From: a virus
Length of the DNA: 64,000 nucleotides
Virus record (IMG/VR): IMGVR_UViG_3300042474_001633
Location: 32,001-96,000 of that record
Strand: one strand, 5' to 3'
The translations under genes were made by a program, and so were the position numbers. The notes below the pieces were generated by a model. That model saw nothing but the letters and a program-made list of their open reading frames with translations. It was not told the origin of the DNA and ran no database searches. How positions within the stretch are numbered: the first letter of the stretch is position 1; each line of letters starts with the position of its first letter. This document shows, one piece after another, positions 39,201 through 48,400 of this stretch.

Positions 39201-42200
39201 GCATCTCTCCTCGTTCTAACTTTGAGGAAACAACTGAATCCGGAAAGAAGGTAAGGGTTCCTCGCCACACGATTCACTTCGCATTAAATCACCTTGTTGG
39301 TGGACATATATTTAGGCAGCGCTCAGAAAAAGATACGACTATCTTAATAGCGCCACTGTCTCAGGTGCTAAGAGACAATCCAGATTCACTCGACAATCTA
39401 TATACGCTTGATACTGTTCTTACACCAAAACCTGGTGAGGGGATAAAGCTCAAATCAGGAAGCTTCCGAAGACTCACTGGTACACCAGACAAAGAAGCAA
39501 CAGAAGAGGCTGTTCGTCAGCAGCTAAACGAAATGGGTGCAACAAAGATTTTTAAAGCAGAATCAGCAGAGTCTTCAACTGACGCACAGGATTTAGCAGT
39601 CGGCAAAATAGCCAGGCAGCTGAGAACCCAATCGGGATTGCACGCAAACATCCCAAGCGGACAGGTCGAGCAGTATTTGATTCGCCAGGCTGGAAGTGGT
39701 GGTAGCGCTGAAGTGACGCTTCCGCCTAGTTGGGTGGCCGGAATGAGCAAAAACCATCGCCAAAGACTTGGTGATTCAAACTTCTGGAGCGATGCGAAAC
39801 CAGCCCCAATCACCGGCTTTATGAGAAGCGGCTCGACCCCACAAGCAGGACAGAGCAGAATCAAGAAAAACAAAGACGGTGTGCCTCAGTACCCACGGAC
39901 GCCAACCTACGGTCCAATGCTCGGTGAAACAGAAAATATTTTTGCTGGAGTTAATTCTTGGGAAGAATTTAAACAGAGATATAATGACCAGGAAATAGTC
40001 TTTCTTGATTATGAAACAACTGGTTTAGTATTCGACAAATATGGTCGCGCTACGGAAAACGGAAATCCGGTAGAAATAGGCGCAATAAAAGTAAAAAACG
40101 GACAAGTAATAGACAGATTCAACACATTTGTCAATCCGGGAAAGCCTCTGCAGCAATGGTCTAAAGACAACTTGCGCGACGCAGACGGAAACCCCCTCAC
40201 TGACCAATACCTACAGGGGGCTGAGTCTTTGGAGTCTGGGCACAAAAAACTTGTTGAATTTGCTGGACCAAATGCAATTATGGGTGTTCAAAACGCCGCA
40301 TACGACAAGAACGTACTTGAAGACACTCTCCGTGAAGCGGGAATTGAATGGCAAGCAAGGGGCTGGATTGACCTCAAAGATATGGCCGGCATGACACTCC
40401 CAAGGTACACAGATGAAAATCCGGATGGACCACATAAGACAAATAAAGATGGAACAAAATCACCATCCAATGGACTTGCGGACATAACAAGATACCTCGG
40501 GGTCCCTCTTGGCAAAGAGCATCATAGAGCAGACAAAGACGCTGAAGCAACAGCGGAATCAATGCGTCTTTTGATTGATGGTGCAATTGAAAAGAATTGG
40601 TCAAAAGACGCTCTGGATAGAGCCAAGCGAAGTGCGTACGTCAAAAAAACACAAGACGATTTTGACTCAGATGTAAAAGAATGGGAGTCCGAGCTTGCAA
40701 AGTACTTAGGTGATGGAGTGTCGGGAAAGATGTCGTCATCACCTGCTTTGCGCTCTGCTCCACAGTTTGGCAGAAGACAGTCTCGTGAGTTCTATAGCTC
40801 GGTACCAAACAGTAAATTATGGAGACCGGAAACTCTCGAGCAAAGCGAACCATCACGAATTGCGAAAAGACAAGAAATAATCAAAGACATCAAAGGATTC
40901 ATAGAGTCTGGCGATGGCGACGCAAAATACATGTCTGCAATGAATGGACTTGACCCAGAATTTGCTAACTACATGCGCAATACCGAAGACCGCGAGATTC
41001 TGGCAGACCTTCGTCAGGCAGCAGTTGAATTTCATGCTGGCATCGACCAGAGACCACGTCTAAACGTAAACACTGCAGAACTTTCGAGCTTAATGGAAAA
41101 TGGGCTACGAAGAGACGATTCAGGCAAACCGCGACGTCTGTCAGAGAGAGTAAAAGCCTACGAAGCAGACATTGGAATTTCTCCAGACCTTCCCGACGCA
41201 GAACGCCCAATAACTGGATACATGGTGCATTCCGATGGCGACTTCGCTGAACAAGAGGCTTCATTTAGGGAGTTTTCTAATAAAGTTGATGTCAATTCTC
41301 CACGTTATAAGTTTGACCTTTTTAAGTCAAGTAACGAAAATCGCAACAATGGTTTCAATTCTATTTTTGGTGATGCTGAAATAATTCTAAAACCAGAAAC
41401 CGGCCAAAGGACAGCTTACGGCAACGGTGACGCCCTTGATAATCACATATTTCCTGTCCTGGCAAACTCAACAGATTCTGACGAAATAGGTCGCGCACTC
41501 ATTGACCCTAACGGAAGATTTGACGAACGTGAATCAAATTCCATCGAACTTCTCTATGGAAAATTTAAAAATGATTTCAATGCCTACAGAAAAGATAACG
41601 GTCAAACTCGTCCACGGATAAGCGGAGCATGGGGAAATAGGGACGCCCTGATTATGGGCGGAATAGAGCCGAGTGATATCGAAGAGGTGAGGGTTCCGTT
41701 TAATTCTCTAGATATTACAAACTCAACCACGCCGGAAGAATTTGCAAAAAAACCAAGAGAACTTAAGTACTTACCCGTTACTGAGTATGTAGACGAAGGC
41801 CCTGCGATTGCTTCCTCCGGCGCAGGAGCACCACCGCCGCCACCACCGCCAGATGACCCTGACAACAACATGACAGACGAAGAAATTTCTAAAATTCAAG
41901 AAAAAATGAAACGGAGTTTTGCGGCCACAAAAGAAGAGCAAAAAATAATCGAAGATATTTTGTCTGGGTTAGAGCCAATTAATGCGATACCCAAAAATTT
42001 AGCCATACGAATTGACAACGTTAACGAATACAGGAAAATCTCAGACGACTTTAGAAATCTAAGAAGAATTGAAGAAGCCGAAAGACTTCAGAGATTAGCG
42101 AAAGCAAGAGGTTTTAATCTTGCAGTAACCAATGACTACGGATTGGACGTATTTGATGGGCGCTCATTCTCAAGTAAGGCTCCCAAGTCAAAAACATCAA

Positions 42201-42364
42201 AAGAAGTTATTGAGGCAAAAATAGACAAGCAGATAGAAGAACTTGTTGAGTCAATGCGTCAGGCAAAGTTCAAAAACATTAAAAATATTTCTGACTCCAG
42301 AAGCAGACTGGAAAAGATACAGGAAGAGTTTGATAAACTCACAGACGGCAGGAATGAAAAGTGA
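36284..42364 (+). CDS. Giant multidomain (polyvalent) protein: zincin metallopeptidase, unknown domain, DEDDh exonuclease, DUF3626-like domain
   Basis: 2026 aa. HEWGH at 37736. FLDYETTG/QNAAYD/HHRADKD. RPITGY...FGDAEIILK...RTAYGNGD. Confidence 0.8.
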   Translation: MANSYSNFAERRINNLSKNGELEIGFIPKIETKAEKPEVNKPPVKYSNPYEEYIKTWEPGDVIPLVPPGKRMHFCTFNPNMLDTDSTFFRSTHKHSSPTKFKSGELNDIEYKVLGRKLKDSLDSLLRRAAKTRGLWVDDKNKLRCPPGTPAANQFTDITGSNCFIPSPRTAAQSGARAVRRATAGATQMSTQVGGRVASGFDAARANAEQIRELGFERVQEAMGYGGRIAPTPQMVSDTVSGAMRATRFGLIPNPSARTGGKQRGAPKGVGNNVWQLGLKEQVWRGRRATELARSTRDRFNNPNRPDGLRLPPSQNFPAGRPIGDISQKAQFVSAMAELFPNVPQAEIEEMFDQAIPMSLSRMERSKLKASLIQYWYSWMENAIANPEQAKWVTSFAIDTEMGSAFEVRFDAFAPSPSTGGRRISQAASNAAQGRTAEQGGLQFSLVMNPWEMWSQVNRSGFDRNGRANGVADSVEGDMHYLANHEWGHVAHFSSVMETLGFQTQNLQRYPLAQTLVKPQQGGPQWQRQKQVNAWMIDFRQAANPTGNRSIQLLIDSANNLSRRQYIRSGSWGGSTGYTRQDLETDLNNFHNALAEAIENNITDDADDQELMRQFSGGVYAATSNIEARAEFFASRRLFGDPVLTGGQTGIPSTVDEFARTMASAQGATRTQAQYRSQMDDIGQNVFSVPGNAWNISGRMAGSGLPQQRPTLKTQAVRRAVDQNYPRSNRNRSSSAITGAMRSSSLQQRTTSSRDWKNQDTISSINTNRPFTEERQSLPGMLQSALGTQQSSTPIVGRMSPLVPTTVTGVRNRFDGSRSGDVDIKVHEINGEKIVFDNPDAISIDDSSIKIIPKNPFEITGKSRTSKEGREYSEKWLNAHLGKGDMDSNDVDALLYRASRGDTEAAKEFDGLAEKGSKRVSEAEGKLYEPIELDEYQERTITRAGLEDLSLDDLYVVHETSYEPEIDENGDISISPRSNFEETTESGKKVRVPRHTIHFALNHLVGGHIFRQRSEKDTTILIAPLSQVLRDNPDSLDNLYTLDTVLTPKPGEGIKLKSGSFRRLTGTPDKEATEEAVRQQLNEMGATKIFKAESAESSTDAQDLAVGKIARQLRTQSGLHANIPSGQVEQYLIRQAGSGGSAEVTLPPSWVAGMSKNHRQRLGDSNFWSDAKPAPITGFMRSGSTPQAGQSRIKKNKDGVPQYPRTPTYGPMLGETENIFAGVNSWEEFKQRYNDQEIVFLDYETTGLVFDKYGRATENGNPVEIGAIKVKNGQVIDRFNTFVNPGKPLQQWSKDNLRDADGNPLTDQYLQGAESLESGHKKLVEFAGPNAIMGVQNAAYDKNVLEDTLREAGIEWQARGWIDLKDMAGMTLPRYTDENPDGPHKTNKDGTKSPSNGLADITRYLGVPLGKEHHRADKDAEATAESMRLLIDGAIEKNWSKDALDRAKRSAYVKKTQDDFDSDVKEWESELAKYLGDGVSGKMSSSPALRSAPQFGRRQSREFYSSVPNSKLWRPETLEQSEPSRIAKRQEIIKDIKGFIESGDGDAKYMSAMNGLDPEFANYMRNTEDREILADLRQAAVEFHAGIDQRPRLNVNTAELSSLMENGLRRDDSGKPRRLSERVKAYEADIGISPDLPDAERPITGYMVHSDGDFAEQEASFREFSNKVDVNSPRYKFDLFKSSNENRNNGFNSIFGDAEIILKPETGQRTAYGNGDALDNHIFPVLANSTDSDEIGRALIDPNGRFDERESNSIELLYGKFKNDFNAYRKDNGQTRPRISGAWGNRDALIMGGIEPSDIEEVRVPFNSLDITNSTTPEEFAKKPRELKYLPVTEYVDEGPAIASSGAGAPPPPPPPDDPDNNMTDEEISKIQEKMKRSFAATKEEQKIIEDILSGLEPINAIPKNLAIRIDNVNEYRKISDDFRNLRRIEEAERLQRLAKARGFNLAVTNDYGLDVFDGRSFSSKAPKSKTSKEVIEAKIDKQIEELVESMRQAKFKNIKNISDSRSRLEKIQEEFDKLTDGRNEK

Positions 42365-42705
42365 AAAAGTACCTAATCGCCAAAGTCGGAAAAACTGGGA
42401 ATCTCTATTTTGTTCCAGATGGCGACAGGTATAACGGCCTGTTTGTTGACGGCAAGAGATTATCCCCAGTTCCGCTGTTTTCTTTTATTGAACGACGTAA
42501 TGACATCTTCCCAGTTATGAAGACCAACAGACAGAAACGTTTCTGGAAGCTAGACTTCAGGGATAGTGACTGGTCCACTAGGCACAACACGGAAAACCCC
42601 GGAAAGATATCAAAGAATCCTTATAATAAAAAAGCTTTAGATTTTTACGACCAACTAGAGGAAATCCAGCCAGTCCGCAAGCCAGGATTTCGGAAATCTA
42701 GTTGA
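42361..42705 (+). CDS. Hypothetical protein coupled to the preceding giant gene
   Basis: GTGA overlap; 114 aa. Confidence 0.6.
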   Translation: MKKYLIAKVGKTGNLYFVPDGDRYNGLFVDGKRLSPVPLFSFIERRNDIFPVMKTNRQKRFWKLDFRDSDWSTRHNTENPGKISKNPYNKKALDFYDQLEEIQPVRKPGFRKSS

Positions 42706-42777
42706 CATGTATTTAAATCACAGTATTTTGCGTACAATTAAATTCAGGGGTTTATTCACTGGTTGCAAGGAGACCAA

Positions 42778-43422
42778 ATGAGTCTGGTCAACAAAATTAT
42801 GAATGGCGATGTCCAAATTGCCGTCGACACAAAAGCAGCAGGACCTGCTGGCGCCATAATACCTCAAGAAAATATTACCGGTGATGTACTCAGGGGGTAT
42901 GGACCGCGCAGGGGCAATCTTGAGCGCCTCCTTCGTTACTGGAGACCAATTATGCGCAAGCCTGGCGGGTTCAGGAGATGCCGAGTAATTCTTGCCGACC
43001 ACCCAGAGCTTTACCCACTTGAAAGAATATGCGCCTGGTTGCATCACGAAACAACTGGTCTGTGGCCAAATGAAGGGTGCCACCACCCAGGAATGAAAAA
43101 CTGTCGCAAGAAGATGCGCGGGGTTGTTCGTGGCTCACTCTACTCTGACCAGGAATTCAACAATAGAATGCGCAAACTGACATCGCGCAGTGGCAGGAAG
43201 GCTGTAGAATTTACGGGTATACGCTCGGTTGATGAGCCCTTTTCCCCAGTCATCACGCAGGATGATTGGACCCATGCAGTGAAAGTATTACAAGATTTCA
43301 TAGACATGGAACCGGACTTCGTTAAGTACGTGGAAGACGAAAAAAACTGGGAACACGTCGATGGGTATGTTATCGATAAAAACGAATTGGAGTCGCTAGA
43401 TGCGAACAATATTGAGTTCTGA
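42778..43422 (+). CDS. Hypothetical head-module protein
   Basis: AAGGAG RBS before ATG 42778. GNLERLLRYW...PGGFRRC...CAWLHHETTGLWP Cys/His motif. Confidence 0.7.
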   Translation: MSLVNKIMNGDVQIAVDTKAAGPAGAIIPQENITGDVLRGYGPRRGNLERLLRYWRPIMRKPGGFRRCRVILADHPELYPLERICAWLHHETTGLWPNEGCHHPGMKNCRKKMRGVVRGSLYSDQEFNNRMRKLTSRSGRKAVEFTGIRSVDEPFSPVITQDDWTHAVKVLQDFIDMEPDFVKYVEDEKNWEHVDGYVIDKNELESLDANNIEF

Positions 43423-45451
43423 TTGCTGCCCGTCCCAGGAGATTGTAAAAGTTAGACATATTTCTCCGTCTTTCGCACTATCTAGAACTAACCTTTTTAC
43501 AGCGCCAATTTATTCTGTCAACGAAAGAAAATCAATTATTGATTTCAAATGCGCAATGCAGCGCAGAGGCGTAAAAAGTGCTTACGAAATAAAAGTCGGA
43601 GCGACTGGCTCGGACAGCAGAATTCTTCAATCTCTCCAGGGACTTGGTTCTGCCGTTACTCCGGGAAACTTTTCCAACGTGCGAAGTCCTGTTAGGTCAC
43701 GAATTTACTCAGCTCTCACCCCGGGTGGTGGTCGAGGAGTTCCTGGTGGATTTGGCGCACTCAAGCCAGAGCGTGGATATAGATGTCCAGAAGGGTATCA
43801 ATTCGGTGGAAGATTTACTGACTCACGTTTTTCTACATGTGGAAAACAACTATTCGACCTTCCTGGAATCATAGGCGCAACAATCGCCTCTGTTTTGCGT
43901 GGCTCTCGTCGTAGCCCATCCTTCCAGGATGTCGGTGGCACACGTGTTAAGCCAGTGTCTGTGGCTGGTGACGTAATCCAGTCGCGCGCGCCACAAATTC
44001 CAAAAGTTACTGGTGCTAACAGACAGCGCAGAAATCGCTCCGTCGATGACATAGTCGGACAGATGTCGCAGGTAAATGAAGCCTACATGAGAATGGTGCG
44101 GCGCGACGGCTTCATCTTGGAGCCGGTAGTTTCTCCTGCAGTTCTTAGGACAATCCCCGACAACAGAGATATGGAAGGCGCAACATTCCTGATGAATGCT
44201 TTGACGTCGGATTCAATTGGTGGAGAAGAACTTGGAATGCTTTCGAATACCGGCATTGAAAAACTATCCTATGTCCTATCTGGAGGTTCAACTGTTTCCA
44301 TCGGGAAAGCTCGCCCGCTAACAGTTGGAGAACGACGCAAGCTTGGTAGAACTGTGGCCACGGCGGAGAAGCTGCGTGCCAATGATGACCCGGTTCAAAA
44401 ATTAAAATTCATCGCAGAGGAAATGGGCGATGGAATATCTTATGAAGAAGAGTTTAAAGGAATAAAAAACCCGAATGAAATCATTAAAGTCAACCTCCCA
44501 GCAGGTGCTGGCAAGCGAACAATGCGCAGGTGGCATTATGAGACTTTCTATCGAAAGAAAAAGAAGTCAAAGCAGTCCGCTCGCTCCACAGAGCTAGAAG
44601 CAATTCCCGAAGACGATAAAATCAAAGACCTTGCTTCTGCGGTCCGTCACCTTAATAATGGTGGTTCGATTGAGAATATTTCATCGAATGTTCGGTCGGA
44701 GGCTGTCAGTCGTAGCGCAATGTACAAGACTGGAAAAATACGAAACGGTGTATTGATTCACGAGCGTGCCGATGGACAAACGGTGTTTGAAATAACACCT
44801 GATGAGAACTTTGAACATCTGGGTGCCGCACTGGCATCAGAACTACAGCGCTCAATGGGTCTTATTGCGCCAAAGGTTCGTTTGGCTGGTGCTGGAAAAA
44901 AGCGCAACTATATGCTTGGAGAAGCTCAGGATGCAGAAATGTTTGGCGTTCAAGATAGGACAATGGACATTGCTGACCTCCCCTCGGAGGACGTTGTCGG
45001 AATTCTAATGTCCGACTATCTCACCGATACCAGGGATAGAAACCCTTCCACGATTGCGCCAATACGCGTCGGTGGCAGAATGCGTGCAGTTGCTTCTTTG
45101 AATGGAAGTGCTGGTCTCTCGGGTATGACCTCGACGGAAATACGCGGAAGACGACAAATGCAAGTAAACGATTTCTTCAAGAAAAAGCAGCAGAGAATAT
45201 ACGCTGAATATTTTGAAAAACTTCAGGCCCAGCAGCGCAAGAGGGCGTTAATGCTATTTGATAAGCTGCTCGAACAAGCAGGAGAATTTGATTTTAAGCG
45301 ATTTAGACAAATGCTCTCAATAGATGGACAGCTTTCTGAAGCAGAATTACTACATCTTGGGATTGTCGAAAAAATATTTGAACAGCGTGTCAACATACTT
45401 AAATCATCATCTGGAAATTTCAAGAAACTGATTGGCTTATCGATTAGATGA
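43400..45451 (+). CDS. Multidomain protein with a C-terminal HipA/PI3K-like kinase fold
   Basis: EHLGAALASEL..MGLIAPKVRL and DYLTDTRDRNPST. Carries the shared RCP leader motif. Confidence 0.6.
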   Translation: MRTILSSDCCPSQEIVKVRHISPSFALSRTNLFTAPIYSVNERKSIIDFKCAMQRRGVKSAYEIKVGATGSDSRILQSLQGLGSAVTPGNFSNVRSPVRSRIYSALTPGGGRGVPGGFGALKPERGYRCPEGYQFGGRFTDSRFSTCGKQLFDLPGIIGATIASVLRGSRRSPSFQDVGGTRVKPVSVAGDVIQSRAPQIPKVTGANRQRRNRSVDDIVGQMSQVNEAYMRMVRRDGFILEPVVSPAVLRTIPDNRDMEGATFLMNALTSDSIGGEELGMLSNTGIEKLSYVLSGGSTVSIGKARPLTVGERRKLGRTVATAEKLRANDDPVQKLKFIAEEMGDGISYEEEFKGIKNPNEIIKVNLPAGAGKRTMRRWHYETFYRKKKKSKQSARSTELEAIPEDDKIKDLASAVRHLNNGGSIENISSNVRSEAVSRSAMYKTGKIRNGVLIHERADGQTVFEITPDENFEHLGAALASELQRSMGLIAPKVRLAGAGKKRNYMLGEAQDAEMFGVQDRTMDIADLPSEDVVGILMSDYLTDTRDRNPSTIAPIRVGGRMRAVASLNGSAGLSGMTSTEIRGRRQMQVNDFFKKKQQRIYAEYFEKLQAQQRKRALMLFDKLLEQAGEFDFKRFRQMLSIDGQLSEAELLHLGIVEKIFEQRVNILKSSSGNFKKLIGLSIR

Positions 45452-48400
45452 AAAAAGCAACGGTAATTAGAGACAAGCTCTCTGGTCAGCCTTTTGCAAT
45501 ACTTCTTCCATCCGATGGAAAGAAACCAGTTGCATTCGGCTCATCAGGCCAAGGGAGACTATGGGCCGACTGGGCGATGTCGTCCAGTAGCGGAGCGCTC
45601 GACAATCTCGATGTGTCTCTTACCGTCGAGAAAGATGTTGAACTAACCGATGAATTTATAACCTCACTCGAGAGCACTTTTGAAATTGCCGACTTAAACG
45701 AACTTAAATTCACCATCTCCAAAAAGGCGTTGCTGGTCATCGAAAAAGTAAAATCCCTTGCCGGAGAGGAGCCTGCAAAATATGAGCAGATGAACGAGGA
45801 TAACGAGGAGGAACTCGTAGACAGATGGCCAGTAGTGGATGCTGCGATTGCGACCATCGATGTTGCCTATAAACAAAATGCTCTTGACTACAAGGCAAAG
45901 GCTTTCAACCTTGATTCAAAACGCAGCTCAATGCTGCTGCAAGTCAAGGGCGTAAGAGCCATGTGGGACCCAAACATGCCTGGCGGGGGTGGATGGAGAT
46001 GCCCTGACGAAACGGTAAATGGTGGCCAGTTCACCAACAGACTTGGTCGTGGGTGCACATTTGGGGCAATACGCAGAATAGGCAGGGCATTGATGACTGC
46101 CTCCCTGAAGGACATTGCAAAGGGTTTTGATGATGATGAGGTGGCCTTTCCGAGCGTCTACAGGGCTGGAAAGAAACTAGACGAGGTTGGAGAAAAACTC
46201 AAAGAAAGAACAGGGAAAAAATACAGCCGCAGAGCGATGAGGAGGGCTGACCAGCTCAAAAAAGAACAAGCTCGTCAGATGCTAAAAGAATCTCGCCCAA
46301 CGTTTAGACAAAGATATGAATCGCTTGGGCCAACAGTAAGTAGACGCAACAGGGTTCTAATAGCCGCCTCTCAAACCGCCAGAGACGTTGCCGATGACCA
46401 GGCAACCAGAGGTTTTGTTTCTGAAGCCAGGAGACGCACTCGCAGACAAGGCATCCCCACAAGAAAAACACCAACAAATGATACTGAAACCTTCTCAAAT
46501 GACGACACCATAACTGGCGCCATGAGCCCAGAGCGAAGGGCTCAGATTGCGGAAAAACTGAGAACAACAGCACAAGACATTTACGAAGGTCGACGTTTTG
46601 CAAGACGACAAAAAAAATCGGAACGAAAACAGACAAAAAACTCACCACAACTCAATGAAAACGAACTAGAGCGCAGCAACAGGATTGCTACAAAGCAAAT
46701 TGATTCAATACTTGGCGTACTCAAGCAAAGAGACTCGGGTAGAGAGTATCTTGCCGGAGTTGTGAATTCAGCGGTGAGCAATTTGAATAATTGGGCTAAA
46801 GAAAAAACTGATGGATTAGGGTTTCCTAACAGGGTTTATACAGAAGCCGACTTCGACGATAACGATGTACAGATAATCGAACGGGCTCTGCGTGAGCTAA
46901 AAGAAAACCCAGACAAGCCATTTGCGGACCAACAGTGGGGTAGATTTGCGCAATTATTCAAGCTTTGGGGAACGCACAACTGGGCGGTAAATCGCTCTAT
47001 GCCACTGCAAAATAACGACGGAAATGTAATTTCAGATTATATTCCAAGATTAAAAAAACCTTTTGGGCAAACAGATGTGTTTCCGGAGCTATGGGTAGAT
47101 GGTCGTTCGGTCAATGAGTTTGGATTGCGCACGCCTGAGGAGTTGACCGAATTAAATAACGCCCACACTACTCTTGGTTTTCTCGACATTGACACAAAAA
47201 TTCCAGACAAAGACCAGACACTCTCCATGCTCGGCGGATTTTACTCTGACGAAGAAGGTGATGTTTTCGGTGGCTACTACAAGGAGTTTATCGCCGATGA
47301 ATCAAAATTTTCGGTTTCGGCGAGAGAAGTTTTGGCAAATGGGCTAAAGCGCAATCATGAAATAGACTTGCGTAAGTTTTTACATAATAAATTTTATGGC
47401 TCAACCGCGTGGAACTCTCCAAAGAAAACCACAAACAGGGAAACTGAGATAACGCCATCACAGTCCATTGTTGAGCGTTTCATGCGTGGACTAAGTCCTT
47501 CGCGTGACAAAGAACAACGAACTCTTGAAAGAGAACTCAGAGGAAAGACGCCTCGCAGTACAACCGAATTGCGCGAAAGAATTGCTCGACGACAGAGACG
47601 GCGAGCAAAGGAGCAAGCTGGTGAGCTGGTCACGTTTGAGGATTATGCAGACTACGAGCAGCTCAAAATAAACAGACCAGAACTTGTTGGCGGAAAGCGA
47701 AAGCTTAATGAATTTACAGAACCAACACCTCCGAATAAAACCAGAATGCGTGCGCGCGAACGCTGGAGGACCAAACCATCCGAAGAGGGTCGCCCAAAGG
47801 TCGACATCATCCTGCGAGACATGGAGCCACACCTATCCTCAAGCGGAGATGTAAATGAAAACACCATCAAAGGTCTTGATGACCTAGATAGATTTTTTCA
47901 AGCGGAAGTAAATCATGCCGCAATCGCCAGACTGCGAGAGTCCGCCCTGACTCCATACGACACAGAAAATCAGGATGAACTCAAAAAGATTTACGGAGAC
48001 TGGCTGCGCTCATTCAACGACTCAGATGCGGACCCGCAGCCGGGTTCCCCATCAAACATGGGACTCACTGAGCAGACATCGATATCGTGGGTTGTTCCCG
48101 GTGAACCAGGGTTTCTCACCAGGAATCTGGATGAAGCATGGGAATTTGCAACTTCAAAATCAGAAGAAGATAGCAATTTCGACCCACGCACGCTAGACGC
48201 GGTAGGGGACAGAATTGTTCTCCGAGCAAATCAATTCAACGGACGTCCTGTGGTTTACGTAGAAGATACGGAGGCGCAGGTTGCTCACCTTATGACTCCG
48301 GATGGAAGACACCTGATGTCGATTGTGACATCGCGGGACGACTCAGACGAGCCAGGAAAAGTTAGATTTATCAGCGGCTCCGCGGCCTTGGAGCAAATCG

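Noticed and set aside
41210-41224. ITGYM as another G-x-M boundary motif
   Set aside because: It sits within the RP-x-x-GY motif of the DUF3626-like domain, so it is probably coincidental. Not counted.
44090-44300. Degenerate JAB-like domain in the 683-aa protein
   Set aside because: The spacing is vaguely similar but the HxH and Asp ligands are absent, so it is not supportable.
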